A DNA stretch of 64,000 nucleotides, taken from NCBI GenBank assembly GCA_020353515.1, contig CP070695.1, positions 1,524,284-1,588,283 of the forward strand. The letters are read 5' to 3'. Under the pieces are notes generated by a model, which ran no database searches, was not told the origin of the DNA, and saw nothing but the letters and a program-made list of their open reading frames with translations. Of this stretch, positions 10,137 to 19,130 are shown in pieces. The first letter of the stretch is position 1; each line of letters opens with the position of its first letter. The position numbers and the translations under genes were made by a program. This DNA comes from Candidatus Heimdallarchaeota archaeon. Lineage in GTDB: Archaea; Asgardarchaeota; Heimdallarchaeia; Hodarchaeales; Hodarchaeaceae.

Positions 10137-11618
10137 TCAAATTGATGAATAAAGCTTAGGAGTAGAATATACTTTGTAAAAATCAGGAGGATTTCCCGGA
10201 ATACTTCTACATATTTCTTCTAGAATGTTTTTCGAGATTCTACTAAAGAAAGGCCAGAATATTAGCCAATAGATTATTCCAATTAGACCTTTCGGGACTA
10301 TCCGAAAAATTTGATGTAATTCAAGCTTTCTACTATTAATTCGTCTTAAACGGTATCTCAAAATAACATAACCAGGTAAAATAACGTCAGTATGTATTGT
10401 TAGTTCTTTCTCAGGAACTATATTTTGATTATACACCAAATTCTTATTCATAATTCGCTTAAAATTCCTCTTTGTAAAAATCGTACCCAGAAAAGTACCA
10501 AATTTCCATAAATAAAAAATAATTCGTAGGTTACGGGTTTTTTTAATATAAAACAATTTTTGCCATATATTGTGTGAATTTCCACCCAAAACTGCCTTAC
10601 GATGATCTTGAAATACTAATCCTCCAGACCAAGGAGGATCTCCAGGAATATGCCATTCAGGTGGTAAGTCACTAAATTTAGAAAGACTTCCATATGTGAG
10701 ATACTGTTTGGGATTTAATGCTAATTGAATTGCTTGTCTATGACTTATTAACTTTTGTGGAATCAATTCTCGTATACTAAAATCATGACATATTACCTCA
10801 TTTTTCATTCCATCTATTAGTGGACGAGCTAATGACGATTGAATTCCTGTAATCAACCTGATCCAGTAAGAACTTAAGTTTGGAGTAAAGAATGGGATAG
10901 GAAAAATGAGTCGCTTTGGTAACCGCATAATTTCGGCATAACTTTCCATGAATTGTCTATAGGTAATAATATCTGGGCCCCCAATATCATAAACTTGACC
11001 AATGGTTTCAGGTACTTCTATACAGTCCGTTAAATACTTTAAAACATTACGAATAGCTATTGGTTGATTTTTGGTTCTAAGCCATCTAGGTGTAATCATA
11101 ATTGGGAGTCTATTGACAAGATATCTCATCATTTCAAAAGCTGCACTTCCACTCCCAATAATAATTGCTGCACGTAATGTGGTAACAGGTATTGAACACG
11201 AATCCAATATTTTAGAGACTTCAATGCGAGACTTTAGGTGTTTACTTAATTTTTCGTCTTCAATCCCTAAGCCACCTAAATAAATTATTCTCTCAATTTT
11301 TGCATCTTCAGCTGAAATTACTGTGTTTTGTGCTGCTATACGATCTGCTTCGATAAAGTCTTTTCTCTTACTCTCCATAGAATGGATTAAATAATAAACT
11401 ATACTTATTCCTCTCATTGCTTCTTTTAAGGATTTAATATCAAAAACATCAAGATTGATTGTTTCTAAATTCCTATGTTGACTCCACAACCTCATCTTAA
11501 GCTTTTGTCTTGACCTAAATCCCACCCGTACGGTATATCCTTTTTTTAAGAGTCTAGGAACAAGTCTAGAACCTATATAACCAGTAGCTCCAAGTACAAG
11601 AATTTTTTTTTGATCCAA
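10137..11618 (-). CDS. YbjT-like SDR NAD(P)-binding protein with DUF2867-like C-terminus
   Basis: GATGYIG, YYLIHSM, SKHLKSR, C-terminal PKGLIGIIYW. Confidence 0.85.
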   Translation of the reverse strand: MDQKKILVLGATGYIGSRLVPRLLKKGYTVRVGFRSRQKLKMRLWSQHRNLETINLDVFDIKSLKEAMRGISIVYYLIHSMESKRKDFIEADRIAAQNTVISAEDAKIERIIYLGGLGIEDEKLSKHLKSRIEVSKILDSCSIPVTTLRAAIIIGSGSAAFEMMRYLVNRLPIMITPRWLRTKNQPIAIRNVLKYLTDCIEVPETIGQVYDIGGPDIITYRQFMESYAEIMRLPKRLIFPIPFFTPNLSSYWIRLITGIQSSLARPLIDGMKNEVICHDFSIRELIPQKLISHRQAIQLALNPKQYLTYGSLSKFSDLPPEWHIPGDPPWSGGLVFQDHRKAVLGGNSHNIWQKLFYIKKTRNLRIIFYLWKFGTFLGTIFTKRNFKRIMNKNLVYNQNIVPEKELTIHTDVILPGYVILRYRLRRINSRKLELHQIFRIVPKGLIGIIYWLIFWPFFSRISKNILEEICRSIPGNPPDFYKVYSTPKLYSSI

Positions 11619-11645
11619 ACTAAATCTCCTTACTTCAAGATAATA

Positions 11646-12368
11646 TCAATAATCCTGGCGCGCTTTCCAGAAATCACCATAAAAGAAAAATCCAGTCAGT
11701 TGAGAAATGCCAAATATTGTGAAAATAATTAAGCTTATCAGCTGTAAAACGAAAATTTGATTACTAAAAGCATTAACCAGAGGTATGAAGTTTAATAGGA
11801 ACCAAATCCATGAGAAAATGGGAGCGGATATGAACATAAGAGATCGTTTCCATTTTGAAACAGCTAGAAAGGAATTTAAATCAAACTTGATTCCGAATGT
11901 AGGAAATTTCACTATGGGTGTCCAAGATAAGATCTTCGATTTATGAAATGTTGATTTGAAAATAAAATAATTCAGAAAGTTTATTCCCAGAAGAGAACCA
12001 AATATCCAATGAATGAGAGTATGAGAAAGTATGAAGTTCATGAAACTAACTAAAATGAACAGAATGACACCTAACTCAAAATTCAAAGAGAGAGAAAAAG
12101 TAAAAAAATAAAAAGCTTGTAGAATAAAAATACCAATTGATAGTAGTATAGACCCTACTTTGATGGAGAATTTTGGAACATTCCAACCATCAAAAAAGAT
12201 TTCATCAATTTTTCCTAAGATCTCTCTTTCTTCAGAGGTAATTTGGGATTTTCGAGCGAATTTAACCGCAGTTCGATATTTCTTCCAATGATTTTTCCGA
12301 TTTATTGTTCCTGTTTCTAAAAATACTTTTAATTCTTTGATATTCTCACTCAAATCATAATTTTTCAT
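11646..12368 (-). CDS. Hypothetical membrane protein, weakly M50-peptidase-like
   Basis: About 4 hydrophobic helices; HTLIH (HExxH lacking the Glu), ISAP, GDF. Confidence 0.6.
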   Translation of the reverse strand: MKNYDLSENIKELKVFLETGTINRKNHWKKYRTAVKFARKSQITSEEREILGKIDEIFFDGWNVPKFSIKVGSILLSIGIFILQAFYFFTFSLSLNFELGVILFILVSFMNFILSHTLIHWIFGSLLGINFLNYFIFKSTFHKSKILSWTPIVKFPTFGIKFDLNSFLAVSKWKRSLMFISAPIFSWIWFLLNFIPLVNAFSNQIFVLQLISLIIFTIFGISQLTGFFFYGDFWKARQDY

Positions 12369-12376
12369 AAGAACCC

Positions 12377-13159
12377 CTACTTTGAAATTTGAGTTTTATA
12401 TTTCTCATAGGCGAGTCTAACTGCTAGTAAAACTATCAGAATTAAAGCACAAATAGCTGCAAATAACGAAACTTCCATAACATTTTCAATTTGCTTGATA
12501 AAGATTCCAATAAACGCCCAAATTGGCACTAATGTATAAGCTATATCTTTTCGCTGCAAAATTATTACTATGGTAATAATAGTAGCAACAGTGAGTACTA
12601 TCAATGTCCAAATTGTCTCACTAATTCCAAGGCCGTCCCAATTAATCGATACTAAAAATGCTGTTACATTTGCGACAGTTGCAACAGTTATCCAGCCAAG
12701 ATAAACACTAAAAGGAGTATGAACAGCTAATTTTAGATTTAAAGGGACTGGATTTAATCCTATCTCAAGACGCCAGTAAATTAAGATCAAAGACGCCAAT
12801 AAAACCAACATCGTAACGAGTGAGAATAATACTTGCTCATAATGCCAGAGAAAGATCCATAACGAATTTGCTAGAGAACTAATTATGAATAGACCAGAAA
12901 TTTGCTTATGAAATTCCGCATTTCTTTGTTTAGGTAAAACTTGAAAGACAACGAAGATAAATAGTAGAATATATATTGCCCCCCAAATTGCAAAAACATA
13001 CCCAGAAGGCACGAAAAGATTTGGGTATGAGTCAGATAATTCACCAGTTGTTATTCCATTTAATGGGAGTGCATTAGCTAAAAAATTAACAAATAACGTT
13101 AAAGCCAATCCTATGATATTTCCAACAATTAATAATTCTTTATTAGTAATATTAACCAT
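12377..13159 (-). CDS. TspO/MBR-like tryptophan-rich membrane protein
   Basis: PNLFVPSGYVFAIWGAIY, NSLWIFLW, FSVYLGWITVA. Confidence 0.75.
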   Translation of the reverse strand: MVNITNKELLIVGNIIGLALTLFVNFLANALPLNGITTGELSDSYPNLFVPSGYVFAIWGAIYILLFIFVVFQVLPKQRNAEFHKQISGLFIISSLANSLWIFLWHYEQVLFSLVTMLVLLASLILIYWRLEIGLNPVPLNLKLAVHTPFSVYLGWITVATVANVTAFLVSINWDGLGISETIWTLIVLTVATIITIVIILQRKDIAYTLVPIWAFIGIFIKQIENVMEVSLFAAICALILIVLLAVRLAYEKYKTQISK

Positions 13160-13179
13160 AATTTAAATCACCTAAATCT

Positions 13180-13542
13180 CTATTTTTCTAGATATTTTGT
13201 TAAATTTGTTTTTCCTATAGTTAAGTTTGGATTAGTACTCAATATTTGTTTTGCTATCTCAACTAAGATTTTCTTAACTCCATGAGTTTTTTCGATTTCT
13301 GAACCAGGATAAATCCGAATAACAATTCCATCAGAACTTTTATTAATTAAAGTGAAGAATCTGTACTTATCTTTGCTTTCAATGCTCAAAGAATCTACCA
13401 ATATCGCGTTTTTATCTTCTGAAATAAACTGAGTAGTTGTTTTAATGATTCCAGTGTCGTGGTTAACAAAAATTGGTTTTAGATTAGCAAAAATGTTATC
13501 AATAGTAATCTTACCGTTCAAAACAATGTGTGGCATTTTCAA
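13180..13542 (-). CDS. Hypothetical protein
   Basis: Clean 120-aa ORF overlapping the lycopene cyclase stop, in operon context. Confidence 0.65.
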   Translation of the reverse strand: MKMPHIVLNGKITIDNIFANLKPIFVNHDTGIIKTTTQFISEDKNAILVDSLSIESKDKYRFFTLINKSSDGIVIRIYPGSEIEKTHGVKKILVEIAKQILSTNPNLTIGKTNLTKYLEK

Positions 13543-14369
13543 TCTCCTTTGATTTTTCTAGAGTTCAATTTTACAATCTTTAAATAACTTCTGAATCGTA
13601 TTTCACTCTTTTGGCTTGCAATTAGTGTTAACCCAAAGATTATTAGTACATTTGTTACTAGAAAGAATACCATTTCTTCTATAGGTAAAATTCCACCAAT
13701 TAAAATACCAGTGGAGGTGTTTAGTGAAATTGTCCAAATATTTGCAGATATTGCCAATGCATCTATTATAGATAAGTAAGCTGTCGATATCAATAAGAAA
13801 AAAACCAAAGGAACTTTCTTCTCCCATAGAATATCAGCGCCAAACAGCAATTGAAGCATTATTGGAGGAAGTGCCCAAATTAATATTAGATTCAAGTAAA
13901 CTAGAGCACTAATTTGAGAAGTGTATGTAATTATAGCGATTAACCATATTAGAAATATAAAAACAGTGGATAATACACGAATATCTTTTCTCTCTCTTTC
14001 ATCTTTAGAGTTAAGATACAAAGTCTTGCTAAATGTGAAAGTAAAAACTCCTACAAGCAATGTTTGTACAACAAAAAATATATACTCTTCTATCGGGACA
14101 TACCCGATAACGATCCCTAGTACTTTGTTTATATCGTAATACCAGATTTTATTAGCGACGAGAAAATTATCCCATGGTGTTGTGTATATCAGAGCAATAA
14201 TTGCTAAAATGATAATCGCGGTAAAGTATCTGGTAGTTTTAACTAGATTTTTAGATTTCTCAGCAGTTACATGTAAATAATGCCTATATACAAGGTATGC
14301 AACATTGATTATCAAAGGAACTAAGATAAAAAATAAGATAAATGATAAGTACGTCATTTTAATCATCAT
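13539..14369 (-). CDS. crtY: Fused two-domain lycopene cyclase (CrtYcd type)
   Basis: Two repeats of D...IW...P(I)EE..FF (WDNFLV...VPIEEYIFF; IDALAI...LPIEEMVFF); downstream of crtI. Confidence 0.88.
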   Translation of the reverse strand: MMIKMTYLSFILFFILVPLIINVAYLVYRHYLHVTAEKSKNLVKTTRYFTAIIILAIIALIYTTPWDNFLVANKIWYYDINKVLGIVIGYVPIEEYIFFVVQTLLVGVFTFTFSKTLYLNSKDERERKDIRVLSTVFIFLIWLIAIITYTSQISALVYLNLILIWALPPIMLQLLFGADILWEKKVPLVFFLLISTAYLSIIDALAISANIWTISLNTSTGILIGGILPIEEMVFFLVTNVLIIFGLTLIASQKSEIRFRSYLKIVKLNSRKIKGD

Positions 14370-14383
14370 TCAGACTTAACAAA

Positions 14384-15943
14384 TTAGTTGAAGTTACCAT
14401 AATCCTGTCTTTTGATAGTAGTTGACCCATTTTGATATCTCTTGATCAAGTCTGAAGTAACTTTAGCACTTGCAATTACACCTGGTAGACCTGCTCCTGG
14501 ATGCGTTCCAGCTCCAACTAGATATAAGCCTTCTATATCCTCAGATTTATTGTGAGGTCTAAACCAAGCGGATTGGGTAAAGATTGGTTCAATAGAGAAT
14601 CCACTACCTTTATAACTGTTATAATCACGCTCAAAATCTAAAGGAGTTAACATTCTTTCGACTACGAGATTGTCAAGGAGACCAGGTAAATAATTCTCGT
14701 CTAGAAATTTTAATATCTTCTGTTTGAAAGGCTCTGCCTTTTCCTCCCAGTTAATACCTGAATCTTGGTGTGGAACTGGAACCAATATATAGAATGCTTC
14801 ATGCCCTTCAGGGGCAAGATCAGGGTCAGTTCTCGTAGGTACATGTAGGTAGCTTGAAAAGTCTTCAGTGAGAATTTTTCTCTTGAATATATCTTCTAAA
14901 AGTCCTTTATATCTTGAACCTAAGATTATCGTATGATGTTTCATTTCAGGATACTGTTTTTTGGTACCAAAATATATAACAACTAAGCTCATGCTGTATT
15001 TTGCCTTTTTATAACGTTTATCACTATTTTTCTTACGCCACTTTTTGTCGATAAGTTTTGTATAAGTGAAAGCAGGATCAGCATTTGATATGACTATACT
15101 ACTAGAATACAATTTTCCAGCTTCAGTTCTAACACCCACAACCTTCTTCTTTTCAACAACAATTTCTGTAACCTCTTCTTTGGTGAGGATTTCTCCACCC
15201 ATTTCCTTAAATAACTTGCACAATGCATGTACAAGAGTTGTAGTCCCACCTTTTGCGAACCATATTCCATACTCTTTCTCCAAGAATTGTATCAAGCTAT
15301 AAATTGATGGGACAGAAAAGGGGTTTCCTCCTATCAGTAAAGGATGAAAACTAAATACAATGCGTAATTTTTCATTTTTGATATATTTTGACACGAAATT
15401 GTAATTAGATCTATAAGACTGTAAGCGAAATAATGAGGGAGCCACTTTCATCATTGACCAAAAGCTATCAAAAGGTTTGAATGATAATTCTTTGAATCCT
15501 TTCTCAAAGATTGGTTCAACAGCTTTTACCATCCTTTTATACCCATCAGTATCTTGAGGACTAAGCTGTGCAATTTGTGGAATATTCTCATCAGGATGCG
15601 CATAATCAAAGAATGTACCATCATCAAAATAAATTCGATAATAAGGTTCAACGGGTAGAAATTCAACATAATCTTCAATTTTTTTATTATAAAGAGAAAA
15701 TAACTCCTCGAACATAAATGGAGCAGTTATAACTGTAGGACCTGCATCAAATGAGAATCCATTTTCTTTGAACACTCTTGCTCGTCCCCCTATCTGCTCT
15801 ATTTTCTCAAGTATAGTTACTTGATACTTTCCAGTAGCTTGTAATCGAATCCCAGCAGATAAGCCACCAAAACCAGAACCAATAATAATTACCTTTGTAC
15901 CTTGAGTTCCATTCTTTTTTTCGTCATTTATCATTTGAAACAC
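14384..15943 (-). CDS. crtI: Phytoene desaturase, copy 1 (start may be ATG at 15934)
   Basis: IGSGFGGL, FDAGPTVI, LLIGGNPF, QSAWFRPHN, GAGTHPGAGLPGV. Confidence 0.92.
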   Translation of the reverse strand: MFQMINDEKKNGTQGTKVIIIGSGFGGLSAGIRLQATGKYQVTILEKIEQIGGRARVFKENGFSFDAGPTVITAPFMFEELFSLYNKKIEDYVEFLPVEPYYRIYFDDGTFFDYAHPDENIPQIAQLSPQDTDGYKRMVKAVEPIFEKGFKELSFKPFDSFWSMMKVAPSLFRLQSYRSNYNFVSKYIKNEKLRIVFSFHPLLIGGNPFSVPSIYSLIQFLEKEYGIWFAKGGTTTLVHALCKLFKEMGGEILTKEEVTEIVVEKKKVVGVRTEAGKLYSSSIVISNADPAFTYTKLIDKKWRKKNSDKRYKKAKYSMSLVVIYFGTKKQYPEMKHHTIILGSRYKGLLEDIFKRKILTEDFSSYLHVPTRTDPDLAPEGHEAFYILVPVPHQDSGINWEEKAEPFKQKILKFLDENYLPGLLDNLVVERMLTPLDFERDYNSYKGSGFSIEPIFTQSAWFRPHNKSEDIEGLYLVGAGTHPGAGLPGVIASAKVTSDLIKRYQNGSTTIKRQDYGNFN

Positions 15944-15965
15944 ATCTTCAGCGTTTTTGTTTTCA

Positions 15966-15995
15966 TTAAACTAAGTTAAACCAAGATTAACTATT
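15966..15995. promoter_or_regulatory. Three tandem 10-bp direct repeats, candidate operator in the crtI/crtB divergent promoter
   Basis: TTAAACTAAG TTAAACCAAG ATTAACTATT, abutting a TTTAAATA TATA-like box on the minus strand. Confidence 0.5.
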
Positions 15996-16052
15996 TAAAG
16001 GATCATTACCAAAATATATTTAAATACTTGTTCATGAAGTTAATTTAAATTC

Positions 16053-17048
16053 ATGAAATTAATAAATTACAAATTTGGTGAACAAGATATGTACTCGACA
16101 AAAACAGTTGAGAATTGGGGTTTAGTTCCAGAAAATATTGCTTCAAAATACAATATTGTTAAACATTCGTTAGAGGATAGTTACAATGAATGTTTAGAAT
16201 GGATGGCTGTTCATAGTAAATCATTTTATTTTGCTAGTAGATTTTTGCCCCAGGAACAACGAAAATCCGTTGCAGCTCTGTATGCGTTCTGCAGATTAGC
16301 AGACGATATCGTTGATGAAGCACCTGAAGGGACTACAATTGAAGAAATAAATGTAGAGCTTGACAAATTGAAAACAACTGCTTCTCAATTAGTTTCAGGT
16401 TATACCTCTACACTGCCCATACTTCAAGCCTTTAGAGATACAATTCGTAAACATAATATTCCTCTTAAATATATCCATGAGCTAATTGAAGGGGTCCGTA
16501 TGGATCTTACAAAGAAAGAATATCAAACTGATGAGGAATTAGATCTGTATATGTATCGAGTGGCAAGTACAGTCGGCCTTATGATGACCCACATTTTCAT
16601 GGAGAATCCCGCTCCACACACTCTTGCTCGTGCCGCTGATTTAGGAAAAGCAATGCAATTAACCAATATTCTTAGAGATGTTAAGGAAGATTATGAGCGA
16701 GGTAGGATTTATTTACCTAAATTTACATGTGATACATATAATGTTACCGAAGCTGATTTCCAAAAAGACGAAGTCAGAGAAAATTTAAAATCATTGATCA
16801 GATATGAGTCTACCAGAGCCAAGGGTTATTATAAACAAGCTGATCTTGGAATAGAAGAATTACCCCCAGCAGCAGCCTATACCGTCAAAGTTGCTTCGCG
16901 TGTTTATGGTGAAATACTGAATGAAATTCGTCGTCGTGATTACCAGATATTAAAGCAGAGAGCTGTTGTATCAAAATTTCGTAAGATTTTATTAGCATCT
17001 AAAGTCCGACTTGAATATTTAAGGAAAATAAAGCCTACTACCAATTGA
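16053..17048 (+). CDS. crtB: Phytoene synthase, copy 1 (likely start ATG 16089)
   Basis: SKSFYFAS, LYAFCRLADDIVD, LGKAMQLTNILRDVKED, GRIYLP. Confidence 0.93.
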   Translation: MKLINYKFGEQDMYSTKTVENWGLVPENIASKYNIVKHSLEDSYNECLEWMAVHSKSFYFASRFLPQEQRKSVAALYAFCRLADDIVDEAPEGTTIEEINVELDKLKTTASQLVSGYTSTLPILQAFRDTIRKHNIPLKYIHELIEGVRMDLTKKEYQTDEELDLYMYRVASTVGLMMTHIFMENPAPHTLARAADLGKAMQLTNILRDVKEDYERGRIYLPKFTCDTYNVTEADFQKDEVRENLKSLIRYESTRAKGYYKQADLGIEELPPAAAYTVKVASRVYGEILNEIRRRDYQILKQRAVVSKFRKILLASKVRLEYLRKIKPTTN

Positions 17049-17063
17049 TTATGAAGAAGGAAG

Positions 17064-18221
17064 TTGTATTTCATGGAGTCCTCAAAGGATCTTATCCTAA
17101 AATACCTCAAAGCAAATCGGGGGAAAGAGATTCCCGTCTCTGAGATCTCAGAAACAAACAATTTAAAACCAAATACAATTTCTAATGCGATCAAAGAGTT
17201 GAATTACAAAGGAGAAATAGTCATAGAACGACGCCAGTTAAATCGAGGAAGGTATACTGTAATTTGGTTAAGTGGTGATTCAATTCACTATCCTTATGTT
17301 CATGAGAAAGAAAGAATTAATCTCCGTCTTCACAATTATTTTAGAGACAATGATTATAGAGAGATTTCATTCCGTGAATTAACCCAATATTTTGGAAATA
17401 ATATTGCGGAATCGCGGATAACAGAACTCGATGTGAAAAATGCAATTCAGAAATTGATTGAGAAAAATAAGATAGAATCACGAACCGACTTACTATTCGA
17501 AGGAGATCTGTTGATTATTAAACCCGAGGATAAATTCTCAATTAAAGGAGCAAAGGTGACTCCTGAGGAACTCATTCCGTATCCTTGTGATAGAGCACAG
17601 ATACACGAATTAATTGAATATCTGAAATCTTCTGAATATGATTTTTCAATTTTTTTAAAGAAAATATCTCAATTTGTGAAGAATTATCAAACATTTATTA
17701 CATGTCTCATTACTCCATTAATGATTGAGGTGGGAGATTTATGGGCTCAAACGAAGATTTCTACTGCCGAGGAGCATGTTATTTCAAATAGAATTGAAAA
17801 AATAATTATTGATAGAATTAATCGTGCCAGGGTCTCAAATGGAAGGGGGACAATTATTCTTGCTCCTGTAGAGGGCGAAGAGCATGTCATTAGCTTACTG
17901 AGTTTAGAATTAATCTTCTCTGAACTTGGTTATCATACAATTAACATTGGTCGTCCTCTCCCTATTCGTTCAATGATTCAGTATGTTAAAGAGCTCAATA
18001 AAAAACCTCAATGGCTTTTTATGTCAATCACACTCCGTGCATACATCGGTACGCTACAACATAACTTGGAATCAATCAGAAATGTCTTTAATGATGATAT
18101 TAATATTGCTATAGGTGGCCAAGGTTTGATAGAAAAGAATCGTAATGAGTTCCCTAAGGCAGATGTGATAGTAATCAATGAGCAGGATTTTCAAAAATTT
18201 ATCGAATTCATGTCAAGATAA
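17064..18221 (+). CDS. Cobalamin-binding transcriptional regulator (CarH/LitR-like) with two N-terminal winged-helix domains
   Basis: W-x9-EH motif (WAQTKISTAEEH), B12 Rossmann motif GEEHVIS...MSIT...IGGQG, two wHTH-like segments, position within the crt cluster. Confidence 0.8.
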   Translation: MYFMESSKDLILKYLKANRGKEIPVSEISETNNLKPNTISNAIKELNYKGEIVIERRQLNRGRYTVIWLSGDSIHYPYVHEKERINLRLHNYFRDNDYREISFRELTQYFGNNIAESRITELDVKNAIQKLIEKNKIESRTDLLFEGDLLIIKPEDKFSIKGAKVTPEELIPYPCDRAQIHELIEYLKSSEYDFSIFLKKISQFVKNYQTFITCLITPLMIEVGDLWAQTKISTAEEHVISNRIEKIIIDRINRARVSNGRGTIILAPVEGEEHVISLLSLELIFSELGYHTINIGRPLPIRSMIQYVKELNKKPQWLFMSITLRAYIGTLQHNLESIRNVFNDDINIAIGGQGLIEKNRNEFPKADVIVINEQDFQKFIEFMSR

Positions 18222-18237
18222 AGAATTTGAAACCTAG

Positions 18238-18720
18238 ATGATATTAAAAGTGAGAAAAATGATCAATAGTGAAATTAAAGAGTTTTTAGATCACGCAAAA
18301 ATCCCCCTACGCTTATCGATATTGACTGAATCAGGTTGGCCAATCATCCTTTCACTCTGGTTTACTTATACAAATGATGGTAAGTTTCTTCTTGCTACTC
18401 CAGAAAAGGCAAAAGTGGTGAAATTGTTAAGAAAAAACCCGAAATGCGCCTTTGAGATTTCAAATGAAGAGGCTCCCTATTGTGGAATTAGAGGACAAGC
18501 CAAAGCACGAATCTTGGAATCAAAAGGAATCGATGTATTAGAAACATTACTACAGCGTTATATTGTAGATGGGAAAAATTCGCCTTTAGGTAAAAAATTG
18601 TTGTCAAGGAACATCCAAGAAGTTGCCATAGAAGTGTCTCCAATGAATATCTTTTCTTGGAACTTTAAAAATCGTATGAAGGATTCCAGAGCCATTAAAC
18701 CTCAATTAACATGTCTATAA
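18238..18720 (+). CDS. Pyridoxamine 5'-phosphate oxidase-like (split-barrel flavin-binding) protein
   Basis: GWPIILSLWF, AKVVKLLRKNPKCAFEI, GIRGQA. Confidence 0.85.
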   Translation: MILKVRKMINSEIKEFLDHAKIPLRLSILTESGWPIILSLWFTYTNDGKFLLATPEKAKVVKLLRKNPKCAFEISNEEAPYCGIRGQAKARILESKGIDVLETLLQRYIVDGKNSPLGKKLLSRNIQEVAIEVSPMNIFSWNFKNRMKDSRAIKPQLTCL

Positions 18721-18933
18721 ATATATTCTTTCTCTGTTGGTAGAAACACCACTTAGAAGGAGCTGAAAAGGTATAAGCCGATTAAATCCCAAAAAGTTAA
18801 TTCACACTTTTTTACCTCCTACGACTCCCAAGTCTCCCCTTGTACCTCGTTGCTATACATTAACACAATCAGATCGAACAGGAGAATTATATTTAACCAT
18901 TGGACCCGAATTTAACCGAAAACAATTAAAAGG

Positions 18934-19053
18934 ATGGCAAACACGAATAAAACACGTTCTTCTCTTAAAGAAAATCCATGTCTTCAATGCGGATTTCAGA
19001 TTCGAGAGAGGGTAACAGTATGTGATAGATGTGGATTAAACCAGCCAACTTAA
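18934..19053 (+). CDS. 39-aa zinc-ribbon microprotein (not in ORF track)
   Basis: Hand translation MANTNKTRSSLKENPCLQCGFQIRERVTVCDRCGLNQPT*; CxxCG-x9-CxxCG. Confidence 0.65.
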   Translation: MANTNKTRSSLKENPCLQCGFQIRERVTVCDRCGLNQPT

Positions 19054-19130
19054 AAATTATAATAGAATAATTAAAAATTTCAAATCTACTAAGGTGATAG
19101 ATGATAAATCTTGGGAGATAAATAGATAAT

